DNA of 64,000 nucleotides from Myxococcota bacterium (GTDB lineage: Bacteria > Myxococcota_A > Polyangia > Nannocystales > Nannocystaceae). The position numbers were made by a program, and so were the translations under genes. Where the stretch lies: positions 96,001 to 160,000 of the forward strand of contig JBCCWC010000003.1 of NCBI GenBank assembly GCA_039194325.1, given 5' to 3'. Positions 53,199-62,994 of the stretch are shown here, piece by piece (within the stretch, counting starts at the first letter, position 1; each line of letters opens with the position of its first letter). The notes below the pieces were generated by a model that was not told where the DNA came from, did no database searches, and saw nothing but the letters and a program-made list of their open reading frames with translations.

Positions 53199-53993
53199 TC
53201 AGAAGCGGCCGACCCAGGCCAAGCCCGCGCCACGGCGCAGCGTGGTCGGCACCAGGGCGGTCTTCTTGTCCCCGGCCACGCGCTGCCAACGCTTGTAGCG
53301 AACGTGATAGCCGGCACCAACACCGAGCACCATCGCGCCGGTGAGCAAGGTGGCGGCTCCCATGGGGATCAGCAGCGTGTCTTGGTTTTGCAGGCCACAC
53401 TGCAAGGGCCCATCGATGCTGCAATTGCGGGTGATCAGGCTGAAGGTGATGGTCAGGCCCAGACCAACGCCGGCCACCACGCCACCGGCGATCATCAGGC
53501 CCTTGCCCGTCGCCGGCTTGCCGGCGATCCGCGGCTCTTCTGGGCCATCCTCTTCATCGGGCATGAAGGATGGGGGCGGGGGCTCGGCCTCGGCTTCCGC
53601 GGCGGCTTCGGCCTCGGCGGCGGCGGCGGCTTCGGCCTCGGCAGCGGCGGCAGCTTCGGCTTCGGCTTCCGCGGCGGCGGCGGCTTCGGCCTCGGCGGCG
53701 GCGGCGGCTTCGGCCTCCTCGGGAGTCATCTGCGTGGGAGTCTCGCCCTCGGGAGTCTCGCCTTCGGGAGTCTCGCCCTCGGGAGTCTCGCCCTCGGGAG
53801 TCTCGCCTTCGGGAGTCTCGCCCTCGGGGGCATCGGCCGCCTCGCCTTCGGGGGCCGCCTCGGGGGTCTCGCCCTCGGGGGCCGCTTCGGCGGCGGCTTC
53901 CTCGGGGGCGGCCAGAGCCTCGATGGGCGCTAGCGCCAGCGCGGCGGCGACGAGCGAGGAAACGAGCGACACGGTCGGGGTGCTGGTGCGCAT
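53199..53993 (-). CDS. Exported protein with acidic low-complexity repeats and hydrophobic C-terminal segments
   Basis: Signal peptide from ATG 53993; tandem PEGET and EAEAAAA repeats; ends in VGRF. Confidence 0.75.
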   Translation of the reverse strand: MRTSTPTVSLVSSLVAAALALAPIEALAAPEEAAAEAAPEGETPEAAPEGEAADAPEGETPEGETPEGETPEGETPEGETPEGETPTQMTPEEAEAAAAAEAEAAAAAEAEAEAAAAAEAEAAAAAEAEAAAEAEAEPPPPSFMPDEEDGPEEPRIAGKPATGKGLMIAGGVVAGVGLGLTITFSLITRNCSIDGPLQCGLQNQDTLLIPMGAATLLTGAMVLGVGAGYHVRYKRWQRVAGDKKTALVPTTLRRGAGLAWVGRF

Positions 53994-54159
53994 GAGCAAC
54001 GCCTCGGAGCAGGTAGGAACGTGGAGCGGAGTATCGTACGCCCGCGGGGGCTTCACAAGCCCGTAGGGGCCGTTCGGCGGGACGAGCGAGCGGTCATTGG
54101 TCCCGTAGGTCACCGCGAGACCCAAGACGGCTGCTAGACTAGGCTCCGCCGTCGCGATC

Positions 54160-54672
54160 ATGCCCATGCTCGCCGACATCGACGACCCGCCCAAGTCCCG
54201 AGCTCGGGGGCTGCTCATCGGGTTGCTCATCGCCGTGCCGGTCGCCGCCGTGTTCATCGGGGTATTCGTGCCCAGCCTGGTCGGTGCGATCTTGGGCGGG
54301 GCCCGCAGCTTCGACGATCGCTTGCGCCAGGAAGACGCCTACATGCAAGCGGTCTGCGCCCAAGCGATGTCTCTTCCACGCGACGAGGCGCTGTGCGAGT
54401 GCGTGATGGCGGTCGAGTACCCGGCGCTCGACTGTCAGGCTCCATTCTTGGCGTGGTCCGTCCAGCGTCAACAGGAGCACTGCGCAACCCCCGACGATCG
54501 CAAGGCATCGCTGAGCTTCTGCTCGTGCGTCGAGGCGGTGGCCGAGGCGGTGACCGAGGTCGAGGCCGACGATGAAGAAGGTCGTGAGCGCGAAGCTGCG
54601 GCCTATCGCCGCTGCCAAGAGCTACCCGACGCCGTCCACCTACCGCCGGTCGACGCGCTCATCGCCAGCTAG
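54160..54672 (+). CDS. Membrane-anchored Cys-rich hypothetical protein
   Basis: N-terminal TM; 8 Cys including LCECV and FCSCV. Confidence 0.7.
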   Translation: MPMLADIDDPPKSRARGLLIGLLIAVPVAAVFIGVFVPSLVGAILGGARSFDDRLRQEDAYMQAVCAQAMSLPRDEALCECVMAVEYPALDCQAPFLAWSVQRQQEHCATPDDRKASLSFCSCVEAVAEAVTEVEADDEEGREREAAAYRRCQELPDAVHLPPVDALIAS

Positions 54673-55317
54673 GGGAGGGCGTCCAAGTCTGTAGCGCATT
54701 CGCCAGACCCGCTGGCCGCGGGCCCGGGTGGTGTCCTCGCGCTTGGACTGAGCCACAAAGGGGTTGCCTCGCCAAAAACTCCAGGGCCCTAGAAGGTTAC
54801 GCAGCCCCAGGTGCTCAACGGCCGGATCCTCGATCTCCGCCATCGCCTCCAAGGCCACCTCGAACACGTCGCTGGCAAAGTGCAGCTCGCCCCCCGGTCG
54901 CAATTGGCGGCAGACGATCTCGAGCATCCACGGGTCCACCACGCGGCGCTTTTGATGTCGGTTCTTGAACCAGGGGTCGGGAAACAGCAGGTGAAAGGCG
55001 TCCACCGATCGGGGCACGAACACCCGATCGAGATCGACGTTGAGGTTGACGTAGGCGAACGCGAGGTTGGCGAGCCCCTGATGCCGCGCCTTGACGGTAT
55101 TGAGCTTCACCATCGCCTCGCGGATCTCCAAACCCACCACGAAGCGCTCCGGGTGAGCCCGAGCCAGCTGGAACGAAAACTGGGCGTCCGCACAGCCCAG
55201 CTCCACCTCGGTGCGCGGATCGGCGCCAAGTTCGGCTGGGGGCCGCACGGGACCAGCGCGCGGCTTCATGAAGTGAGCCGCCAGCGGATTGACATGCTGA
55301 CGAAGCCGTCGGGGCAC
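54640..55317 (-). CDS. trmB: tRNA (guanine-N7)-methyltransferase
   Basis: RQHVNPL, VELGCA, VGLEIR, FPDPWFKNRHQKRRV, LRPGGELHFASD, SKRE. Confidence 0.93.
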   Translation of the reverse strand: MPRRLRQHVNPLAAHFMKPRAGPVRPPAELGADPRTEVELGCADAQFSFQLARAHPERFVVGLEIREAMVKLNTVKARHQGLANLAFAYVNLNVDLDRVFVPRSVDAFHLLFPDPWFKNRHQKRRVVDPWMLEIVCRQLRPGGELHFASDVFEVALEAMAEIEDPAVEHLGLRNLLGPWSFWRGNPFVAQSKREDTTRARGQRVWRMRYRLGRPPLAGDERVDRR

Positions 55318-55469
55318 CGGGCGCGGAGGGTACGTCGGCTCCGATGCGGGCCGAAACCCCGGAACCCGACCCGCGGCCCGGACCCGAAGGGGCCGGGTGG
55401 ACCGACATGGGCCGATGTCTCGACCGAAACAGCCGTCGGGGTTTGTCCCCTGGCACGCGGGCGCCGCTG

Positions 55470-56174
55470 ATGGATACCCTGGGCTTCGTGTCCGACCACG
55501 CGGAGCCCTTGACTGCCCAGCAGCACGCGCATCAGGCCGAGGCGCAGCGAGACATCTTGCTCGAAGTGCTAGAGATCTTCACGCACGATCTGAGCAACCC
55601 TTTGCAGAGCCTCATCGTGCTCTCCGAGCTGGCCCTCGACGACACGCCAGAGGGTACGGAGGACTACGATCGGGTGCGCCAGAGCCTGGAGGCGGCCGAG
55701 CGCATGCGGACTCTCGTGCAGGGGCTGGCCGGGCTCACCCGAAGCATCGATGGGCCACGCAACGCCAAGACGGTGGTCGACCGTATCGTGTCGGTGCTCT
55801 CACGTCGCTGGGAGCGCCACCAAATGCGGGTCTCCGTCGACATGGGAGCGATCGAGCACACGCCGACTCCGGCCGTGCTCCAGTCGGTGATGCTCAACCT
55901 CGGCCTCGCCAGCGTCGCCGCGGCGGGTGAGCGCAACCATCCCCGCTATGAGCTGAGCGTGCAGGGCGTCGGTCGGGAGCAAGGCGACGACTTCGTCTGC
56001 GCCCTCGAGGTGACGCTGGTCGGCCACGACGCGGGCGGGACAGCCGCTCCCGTACAGCTGGGTCGATATCACATGGAGCGGGCGGAGCGCCTGCTCGACG
56101 GCAATCCATCGGTGCGTCTGCGGGAGGACGACGGCATGACGATCATCGAGTTTGCGCCGGAGCAGAGGCGGTAA
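55470..56174 (+). CDS. HisKA-containing protein with degenerate catalytic domain
   Basis: H-box IFTHDLSNPLQSL; N-box-like MLNLG; no DxGxG or GxGLG. Confidence 0.75.
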   Translation: MDTLGFVSDHAEPLTAQQHAHQAEAQRDILLEVLEIFTHDLSNPLQSLIVLSELALDDTPEGTEDYDRVRQSLEAAERMRTLVQGLAGLTRSIDGPRNAKTVVDRIVSVLSRRWERHQMRVSVDMGAIEHTPTPAVLQSVMLNLGLASVAAAGERNHPRYELSVQGVGREQGDDFVCALEVTLVGHDAGGTAAPVQLGRYHMERAERLLDGNPSVRLREDDGMTIIEFAPEQRR

Positions 56175-57751
56175 TGGCCCGTTCCCCCGTGGAGGGGGCC
56201 ATTCCGCGGGATCTACCCGCGCATCCGCACCCGACTGGGGTCGTGCTCCTCGTCGAGGACGATGACCTCGTCGCCAACGCCCTGCGGATGTTGCTGGTGC
56301 GGGCCGACTACGAGGTCCACATCGCCACCGACTTCTACGAGGCCGTCCCCGCCTTCGAGCGCCAGCCGGTCGACGTGGTGGTCACCGATCTACTGATGCC
56401 CGGCGGCACGGGCCTCGATCTGCTGCGTGAGGTCGAGCAGCGCGACCCCAAGGTCCCGGTCATCATCGTCACCGCCGACCACAGCGTGCAGGCCGCGGCC
56501 GCGGCCGTCCGTGATCACGCCTTCGATTACCTCACCAAGCCCGTCAAGCGCGAGCGCTTGCTCGACACCGTGGGTCGGGCCGTCGCGGCGCGGCGCCAGA
56601 CCCAGATCGAACAGCACGAGCAGCAGCGCCTCCGCGAGGAGCATCGCCAGCTGTCGATCCGCCACCAGCGGACCGCCATGCTGCTGTCGGTCCTCTTACA
56701 CCGCGCCGCTGAGGGGATCGTCGTCGTCGATCCCGAGGGTCGCCTGATCGACGTGAGCGAGAGCTTCGTGTCGCTGGTGGGCAAGCCGCTTTACTCCCTG
56801 CTCGACACCGACCTGCGGGAGTGGTTCGAGCCCAGCCCTACCGGGGGCGACGTGCAGGATCGGGTGATGGGCATGGTGCGCTCGGGCCAAGCCGAGTCGC
56901 ACTGGCGCGGCGAGGTCACCGTGCGCTCGGGCAAGCGCCAGATCCCCGCCCGGATGAGCTTGTCGCTGTGCGAGAGCCCCGAAGACGAGGACCACGGGCC
57001 CACCCGTTACGTGATCGGCCTCGTCTACTTCGAGCAGAGCCACGAGGAGCAGTCGCAGCGACTGCAGCAGGCCGATCGCCTGGCCACCGTGGGCTTGCTC
57101 GCCGGCTCGGCCGCCCACGAGATCAAAAACGAGCTCGGTCCCTTGTTGGGCTACCTGTCCATGATCGAGGGGGGCGGGCCCGATCCCGTCGAGAGCGGGA
57201 TGATCGGCATCATGCAGGACAGCGTGCGCCGGATCAAAGAGCACGTGGAGGAGATCCTCGAGCCGCTTCGCCCGCGCGTGCGCACTCGCGGGGCGGTGGT
57301 GATGCGCGAGTCGGTGGATCAGATCCTCAAGCTGCTGCGCCGGGCCGGTCGGCTACGCCGTATGAAGGTCGAGGTGGTGACCTGCGACGAGGCGGTCGTC
57401 GTGCACGCCGACAAGGACGAGGTGCACCAGATTGCGCTCAACTTGATCAGCAACGCCGTCGACGCGCTAGGGGATGGTGGCGGAGGGGATCGCGGCAGCG
57501 TGATGATCGAGATGGTCCACGAGGGCGAGTACGGCGTGCTCCGGGTGGCCGACGACGGGATGGGGATCAGCGAAGAGCTTCGCGGGCGGGTGTTCGAGCC
57601 CTTCTTCACCACCAAGGGTTCGGCCGGGACCGGGCTGGGGCTGCCCGTGGTGCACGACATCGTGCGTAGCCTGCGAGGGCGCGTGACGCTGGATTGCCCC
57701 GATGCCGGGGGGACGATCGTGACCGTGCAGCTGCCCCGCTATCGAGGGTGA
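56174..57751 (+). CDS. Hybrid sensor kinase REC-PAS-HisKA-HATPase
   Basis: LLVEDD, TDLLMP, YLTKP; EGIVVVDPEG; AHEIKN, NLISNA, DDGMG, FEPFFTTK, GTGLGL. Confidence 0.95.
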   Translation: MARSPVEGAIPRDLPAHPHPTGVVLLVEDDDLVANALRMLLVRADYEVHIATDFYEAVPAFERQPVDVVVTDLLMPGGTGLDLLREVEQRDPKVPVIIVTADHSVQAAAAAVRDHAFDYLTKPVKRERLLDTVGRAVAARRQTQIEQHEQQRLREEHRQLSIRHQRTAMLLSVLLHRAAEGIVVVDPEGRLIDVSESFVSLVGKPLYSLLDTDLREWFEPSPTGGDVQDRVMGMVRSGQAESHWRGEVTVRSGKRQIPARMSLSLCESPEDEDHGPTRYVIGLVYFEQSHEEQSQRLQQADRLATVGLLAGSAAHEIKNELGPLLGYLSMIEGGGPDPVESGMIGIMQDSVRRIKEHVEEILEPLRPRVRTRGAVVMRESVDQILKLLRRAGRLRRMKVEVVTCDEAVVVHADKDEVHQIALNLISNAVDALGDGGGGDRGSVMIEMVHEGEYGVLRVADDGMGISEELRGRVFEPFFTTKGSAGTGLGLPVVHDIVRSLRGRVTLDCPDAGGTIVTVQLPRYRG

Positions 57752-57809
57752 GCGCTCGGGGGTGAGCGCTCGGGGCCGAGCGCTCGGGGATGAGCGCTCG
57801 GGGCCGAGC
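57749..57809. repeat. Four tandem copies of palindromic GAGCGCTC-GGGG
   Basis: GAGCGCTCGGGG x4 with about 14-bp period, directly after the kinase stop. Confidence 0.85.
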
Positions 57810-57968
57810 CGGTGCGGAGCGTCAGCGGATCGCTCGCGGATCGCCGTCCGTTGCTCGGTCACGGAAGGGCGAGGCTGGGCGGTGGACGCGCGCCGAGGCG
57901 GTAAATTTCTTGGGACAAGAACTCTGATGCAGGGCACTAGTAGGAGGAAAGCCCTCGCGGAGATATCA

Positions 57969-58466
57969 ATGCCCCAGCCCAAGATCTTCTCGGTTTCCAA
58001 TGCCGGTGCAGAGAACTATACGCTCGATCTCAACCGAGCCGATCACGTCATCATCTATCGCTTCGGCAACTCCACGGTCGAACGCGACTGGCTGTCTCGC
58101 ATGCGGCAGACCAACCGGGGGGGCTTTACCGTCTCGAGCGGGGCCACCCTCAACGAGTGGGCGCTCAAGCAGACCTCCTATGGCAGCAACTCCGAGGGTA
58201 TCCAGAGCAATCCCTTCTTATCAGTGGCAACCAGCTATGACGATCTATTTGCATATGGCGAGGGCTGGGTGCAGGAGATCTTGAAACAGGTGCCTCACCT
58301 CGGCGTGTTCTCGGTCCCCTTCACCAGTGTATATCGACCACGGCCCACCAAGCTCATCTCCCGCCAAGAGACCGAGTGGCTCTACTTCGATGGCGATGCC
58401 GAGCTCTTGAGCACGCTGGTGGAGTGGCGAGACAACCCGTACCGCGCGGGTGAAAACGCGGCGTGA
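57969..58466 (+). CDS. Hypothetical protein with ADP-ribosyltransferase-like R-S-E motifs
   Basis: GGAG RBS and ATG 57969; IIYRFG...NPFLSVATS...QETEWLY...NPY. Confidence 0.6.
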   Translation: MPQPKIFSVSNAGAENYTLDLNRADHVIIYRFGNSTVERDWLSRMRQTNRGGFTVSSGATLNEWALKQTSYGSNSEGIQSNPFLSVATSYDDLFAYGEGWVQEILKQVPHLGVFSVPFTSVYRPRPTKLISRQETEWLYFDGDAELLSTLVEWRDNPYRAGENAA

Positions 58467-58514
58467 GCTCCTCTTCGTCGCGCGAGAGGAGCGATCGAGC
58501 CCGCCGGTCCGATT

Positions 58515-59594
58515 TCACAGCAAGTGCGCCAGGTCTTGCTTGCGGTTGCCCTTGCCGTCGAACACCGCGAACTTCCCCGGGCCGTAGATCCCCGCCCCGC
58601 CAAAACGTCCCTGCTTGTCCACCGTGTAGAACTTCACGTTGAAGTTCGGCTTGCCGTCGTCCCGCAGCAGGCGCTTGACTCGGGTGGCATCCACGATCCG
58701 CTGGCACGCCAGCAGGCACGCGTCGGTGGGGTGCTTGCCGTAGCGCAACCCCTCGATCACCGTGGCGCTACCCACCGTCACGATGTTCGCCTCGCCACGC
58801 CCGGTCGAGCCGGCCGCACCCACCTTGTTGTCCACGAACAACCCCGCGCCGACCAGCGGGCTGTCGCCCACGCGGCCGGGGATCTTGAAGGCCAGCCCCG
58901 AGGTGGTGGTGACCCCCGCGAGGTTGCCGTCGCGGTCGACCGCGTTGCAGTTGATCGTGCCGGTGATCCCGAACATCCCCTCGGCCCCGGGCGGTAGCTC
59001 GTCGCGATCGATGGGCAGCCAGTCGTCGCGATCGGACAGGCTCGACTTCCAGTGCAGCCAGATCTTGCGCGCGTCCTCGGTCAGTAGATCCTGCTCCACG
59101 AAGCCGTGCGCTCGTGCAAAGCGCCGGGCGCCATCCCCCGTCAGCAAGCAGTGGTCGGTGTAGCGCATCACCCTCAGCGCCACCGCAGCCGCGTTCTTGA
59201 TCCGCTCGAGGGCCGCCACCGCCCCCGACAGCCCCGTGGCTCCATCCATCACCGAGGCATCGAGCTGCACCACGCCCTCCTCGTTGGGCAGGCCGCCCAG
59301 GCCCACGCTGTGATCCTTGGGGTCGTCCTCGACCAGGGTCACCCCGGCGACCACCGCGTCGACCACCGGCTTGCCCGCGAGGATCTGCTTCATGGCCGCC
59401 TCGGTGCAGTGTGGAAAGCCGTTGGCCGACGCCACCACCACCGGGTGCGTACCCTTGCCCACCACGGCAGGGGCTGGCCCAGGTGCCTGGGTGGGCGCTT
59501 TGGCGCGGCTGGGGCGAGTGGTGAAGCAACCTGTGCCGAGCACGGCCGAAGAGCGGACCAAGAAGCTGCGGCGCTTGAGGCGACGACGGCGCAT
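58515..59594 (-). CDS. N4-(beta-N-acetylglucosaminyl)-L-asparaginase / type 2 asparaginase (Ntn hydrolase), Tat-exported
   Basis: RRSFL, SVGLGGLP, LDASVMDG, GTIN, TTTSG, GRVGDSP, TGRGE. Confidence 0.92.
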   Translation of the reverse strand: MRRRRLKRRSFLVRSSAVLGTGCFTTRPSRAKAPTQAPGPAPAVVGKGTHPVVVASANGFPHCTEAAMKQILAGKPVVDAVVAGVTLVEDDPKDHSVGLGGLPNEEGVVQLDASVMDGATGLSGAVAALERIKNAAAVALRVMRYTDHCLLTGDGARRFARAHGFVEQDLLTEDARKIWLHWKSSLSDRDDWLPIDRDELPPGAEGMFGITGTINCNAVDRDGNLAGVTTTSGLAFKIPGRVGDSPLVGAGLFVDNKVGAAGSTGRGEANIVTVGSATVIEGLRYGKHPTDACLLACQRIVDATRVKRLLRDDGKPNFNVKFYTVDKQGRFGGAGIYGPGKFAVFDGKGNRKQDLAHLL

Positions 59595-59783
59595 CCCGTC
59601 GAGGCTAACCTCGCGACCTCGGAGTTGCTAAGCCGGCGAGCGGCTCGACGCTGTCCGCCTAGCGCCCCCAAGTCCTCGATGTCGCTCGGCGTGTAAGCAG
59701 ACTGACTCAATTCACGCCTCCGTCCGCGAATTCGATCGAAATTAGCCGGGACAAGGAAGCCGCTCGTCGGACTTGAGGACTGT

Positions 59784-61454
59784 ATGGGAAGGGTAAGGGG
59801 ATGGCCGGCGCTAACGGCCGCGACGCTCGGCACGTTGCTGAGCGGGTGTTACTCCGGCATGGGTGACTTCGATCCGAGCGCGCAGGGTGGGGATCCTGCG
59901 CAAGACTCGCAGGGACCGGAGGGCGACGACGCGGGTGACGACGCGGGCGACGATTCGGGGGATGGAGAGACGGTCGATTGCTCGGCGGGTCCCTCGGTCG
60001 GGGTCGCCCCGCTGCGGCGGCTGACCCGGTCCGAGTACGACAACACCGTGCGCGACCTGCTGGGCGATACCACCCAGCCCGCGCACAACAACTTCTCGCC
60101 CGACGAGGCCTATGGTGGTTTCGCCGCCAACGCGATCGCGCCGATCTCTCAGACCCAGCTCGACGAGTACGCTGCGGCCGCCGATTCGTTGTCGACGACC
60201 TTCGTCGAGACGGGGCTCGGCGACTACGTCGACTGCCCGCTCTCCGACACCGCCTGCGCCACGCAGTTCGTGACCGAGTTCGGTCGGCGGGCGTTCCGTC
60301 GCCCGCTCGAGCCGGTAGAGGTCGACGAGTACGTCGCCCTCTATGAGGATACGCGAGGGGCCTGGGACGGCGCCACCGGCTTCCGCCTGGTGGTGGAGGC
60401 GATGCTCATGTCGCCCAACTTCCTCTATCAGGTCCAGACGGTCCCCGACGGGGCCAGCGAGTCCGACATCATCCCGGTCTTGCCCTACGAGCTGGCCAGT
60501 CGCGTCAGCTACTTCGTCTGGTCGTCGATGCCCGACGACGCCCTGCTGACCGCGGCCGGGGCCGGCGAGCTCGACACCCCCGAGGGGCTCGAGGCACAGA
60601 TCCGGCGCATGCTCGACGACGACCGGGCCGCCGACACGATCGCCAGCTTCACCGAGCAGTGGATGCACCTCGAGGGGCTGGGCGACAAGGTCAAGGACGC
60701 CGAGCTCTTCCCGCAGTGGAGCCCGGCGCTCGCCGAGTCGATGGAGCACGAGGTGCTGGGCTTCGCCGACGAGGTCATCCGCAAGGGAGACGGCTCTCTC
60801 GAGACGCTGCTGACCGCCTCGTGGACCATGGGCGACGAGGCGGTGGCCGAGCTCTACGGCGTGGCTGGCCCCGAGGGCCAGGGCGAGGGGGGCTTCGGAC
60901 GGATCGAGCTGCCCGCCGACGAGCGGGCCGGGCTGCTGACCCAGGTCGGCTTCTTGGCCACCAACGCTCACGCGGCCGAGAACTCCTGGGTGCACCGCGG
61001 CCTATTCGTCCGCGAGAACCTCTTGTGCCAGACCTTGGCCGCGCCGCCGATCGGCGTCGAGGTCAACGACGCCAACGACGCGGGTCGCCTCGAGAACGAG
61101 GAGTGTCGCGGCTGCCACCAGATGATCGATCCGATCGGCTGGGCCTTCGACGACTACGACCCGCTGGGCATGTTCGTCGACGAGGGCGAGCCGGGTGAGG
61201 TCAGCGCCTCTGAGGTCGGCGCCTTCGACGACGTGGTCGCCCTCGCGGGAGCGCTGGCCACCGACCCGATGGTCCACGACTGCATGGCCACCCAGTGGTT
61301 CCGCTACGCGGCGCGCCGGGCTGAAACCCCGGCCGACAGCTGCGCGCTCGACCAGATCAAGGCAAACTTCGGTGCGTCTGGCCAGGACATCCGCGAGCTC
61401 ATCGTGGCCGTGGCAATGTCCGAGGCGTTCCTCTACCACAAGGCATCCGAGTAA
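59784..61454 (+). CDS. DUF1592/DUF1588/DUF1585-type multidomain lipoprotein with CxxCH
   Basis: LRRLTRSEYDNTVRDLLG, RRAFRRP, SPNFLY, ELASRVSYFVW.SMPD, RAGLLTQ, CRGCH. Confidence 0.9.
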   Translation: MGRVRGWPALTAATLGTLLSGCYSGMGDFDPSAQGGDPAQDSQGPEGDDAGDDAGDDSGDGETVDCSAGPSVGVAPLRRLTRSEYDNTVRDLLGDTTQPAHNNFSPDEAYGGFAANAIAPISQTQLDEYAAAADSLSTTFVETGLGDYVDCPLSDTACATQFVTEFGRRAFRRPLEPVEVDEYVALYEDTRGAWDGATGFRLVVEAMLMSPNFLYQVQTVPDGASESDIIPVLPYELASRVSYFVWSSMPDDALLTAAGAGELDTPEGLEAQIRRMLDDDRAADTIASFTEQWMHLEGLGDKVKDAELFPQWSPALAESMEHEVLGFADEVIRKGDGSLETLLTASWTMGDEAVAELYGVAGPEGQGEGGFGRIELPADERAGLLTQVGFLATNAHAAENSWVHRGLFVRENLLCQTLAAPPIGVEVNDANDAGRLENEECRGCHQMIDPIGWAFDDYDPLGMFVDEGEPGEVSASEVGAFDDVVALAGALATDPMVHDCMATQWFRYAARRAETPADSCALDQIKANFGASGQDIRELIVAVAMSEAFLYHKASE

Positions 61455-61469
61455 GAGGAGGACCTGACC

Positions 61470-62816
61470 ATGACCCGACGAACCTTCTCGAGCTTCAACC
61501 GCCGCAACTTCCTCCGCGGGGCCGGGGTGGCCACCGCGGCCGGCATGGGGCTGCCCTTCCTCTCGAGCCTGGTCGCGCAGGCGGCCGATGAGGATCGCGC
61601 CAAGCGGCTCATCATCTTCTTCACGCCCAACGAGTCGATCGACCGTGAGCACTGGCTGCCGCCGGGCAACGGGGACAACTTCGCGCTCACCGCGCTGCCC
61701 GACGAGATGGCTTCGCTCGAGCCCTATCGCGATCAGCTGCTGATGATCGGCGACCTCGAGATGAGCAGCCGCCTCGACGACCCCCACCCCGGCGGCCACA
61801 TCGGGATCGGCCATTTGCTGGTCGGGCGCAAGACCACCCCGATCGGCCCCAACGAGGGGCAGCAGTGGGGCAGCGGGCTCTCGGTCGACCAGTACATCGC
61901 CCAGCAGCTGGGCATGGATCCGCTGACCCTCGGGGTGCGGGTCTCGGGCAGCAACGGTAACTCGCGGATCTCCTACCTCGGCGACAGCCAGCCGGTCATC
62001 CCCGTGACCGACCCGATCGTGGCCTTCGACAACCTCTTTGCCGACGCGCTGCTACCCGCCGAGGAGCTCGCCGCCCTCAAGGCGCAGCGCCTGTCCGTGC
62101 TCGACCGAGTGGCCGGCGATCTGAACCGCATCAAGAGCCGGCTGTCGACCGAAGCGCGCAACAAGCTCGACGTCCACACCACCATGATCCGGGACCTCGA
62201 GCTCAAGATCGAGTCCGACCAGGTCTTCGATTGCGATCCCACCTCGCCCGGGGGCGGCATGGACTATAGCTCCAACGCCAATTTCCCCACTGCGGTGCGG
62301 CGGCAGGTCGACGTGATGATCCAGGCCCTGGGCTGCGGGATCACCGATGTCGCCTCTATCCAGGTGGGCAACTCGGGCGCCGGCAACATCACCCCGATCT
62401 GGCCCGAGGAGGGGATCGACATCAACGTCGATTACCACAACATCGTGCACGACTATAACAACGACCCCGGGAACGGGACGATCCGAAACCGCCGCGAGCA
62501 GGTGGAGACGTTCTTCTACGGGTTGTTCGCCTACTTGCTCGAGCAGCTGCGCGCCACCCCCGAGGGGGATGGCACCACCATGCTCGACAATTCGCTGGTG
62601 CTGTGGATGAAACCCATTGCGTACAAGCACCGTTTCGATCAATTCTTGTTCATGCTCGCCGGTTCGGCGAATGGTCAGCTCAACACCGGTAGGTTTGTCT
62701 CCTTCCCTGGACAGCCACACAACAACCTGCTGGTGAACCTGTGCAATATGATGGGGCTGGACGATACGTCCTATGGTGATGCTCAGTATTGCACCGGTGC
62801 GCTCGACCTTGGGTGA
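61470..62816 (+). CDS. DUF1552 domain protein (Tat signal)
   Basis: RRNFLRGAG, LPFLSSL, SVDQYIA, LSVLDRV, KLDVH, GTTMLDNSLV. Confidence 0.9.
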   Translation: MTRRTFSSFNRRNFLRGAGVATAAGMGLPFLSSLVAQAADEDRAKRLIIFFTPNESIDREHWLPPGNGDNFALTALPDEMASLEPYRDQLLMIGDLEMSSRLDDPHPGGHIGIGHLLVGRKTTPIGPNEGQQWGSGLSVDQYIAQQLGMDPLTLGVRVSGSNGNSRISYLGDSQPVIPVTDPIVAFDNLFADALLPAEELAALKAQRLSVLDRVAGDLNRIKSRLSTEARNKLDVHTTMIRDLELKIESDQVFDCDPTSPGGGMDYSSNANFPTAVRRQVDVMIQALGCGITDVASIQVGNSGAGNITPIWPEEGIDINVDYHNIVHDYNNDPGNGTIRNRREQVETFFYGLFAYLLEQLRATPEGDGTTMLDNSLVLWMKPIAYKHRFDQFLFMLAGSANGQLNTGRFVSFPGQPHNNLLVNLCNMMGLDDTSYGDAQYCTGALDLG

Positions 62817-62832
62817 AGGCAGGAATGCCATG

Positions 62833-62994
62833 CACCCCTTCGATGGCCGCTTGGATCTCAAGGGACGGAGATCAGAGCGGCTCTCGTCGTTGGTAGGAGC
62901 CGGCCCGAGCGGCCGGCGAGGGTAGGACGCCCGACACCCCTTCGAAGCCGCCTGGGTCCTAAGGGACGAGGATCCAGGCGGCTCTCGTCGTTGG
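62833..62994 (+). ncRNA. Candidate structured RNA or tandem terminator-like motif, two covarying copies
   Basis: CACCCCTTCGA - 14-bp stem - loop AAGGGACG - TCTCGTCGTTGG at 62833-62893 and 62935-62994. Confidence 0.55.

Noticed and set aside
62846..62982. Guanidine-II (ACGR loop) riboswitch
   Set aside because: ACG(G/A) is present but not as a tetraloop closed by a short stem, and the downstream gene is not a guanidine exporter
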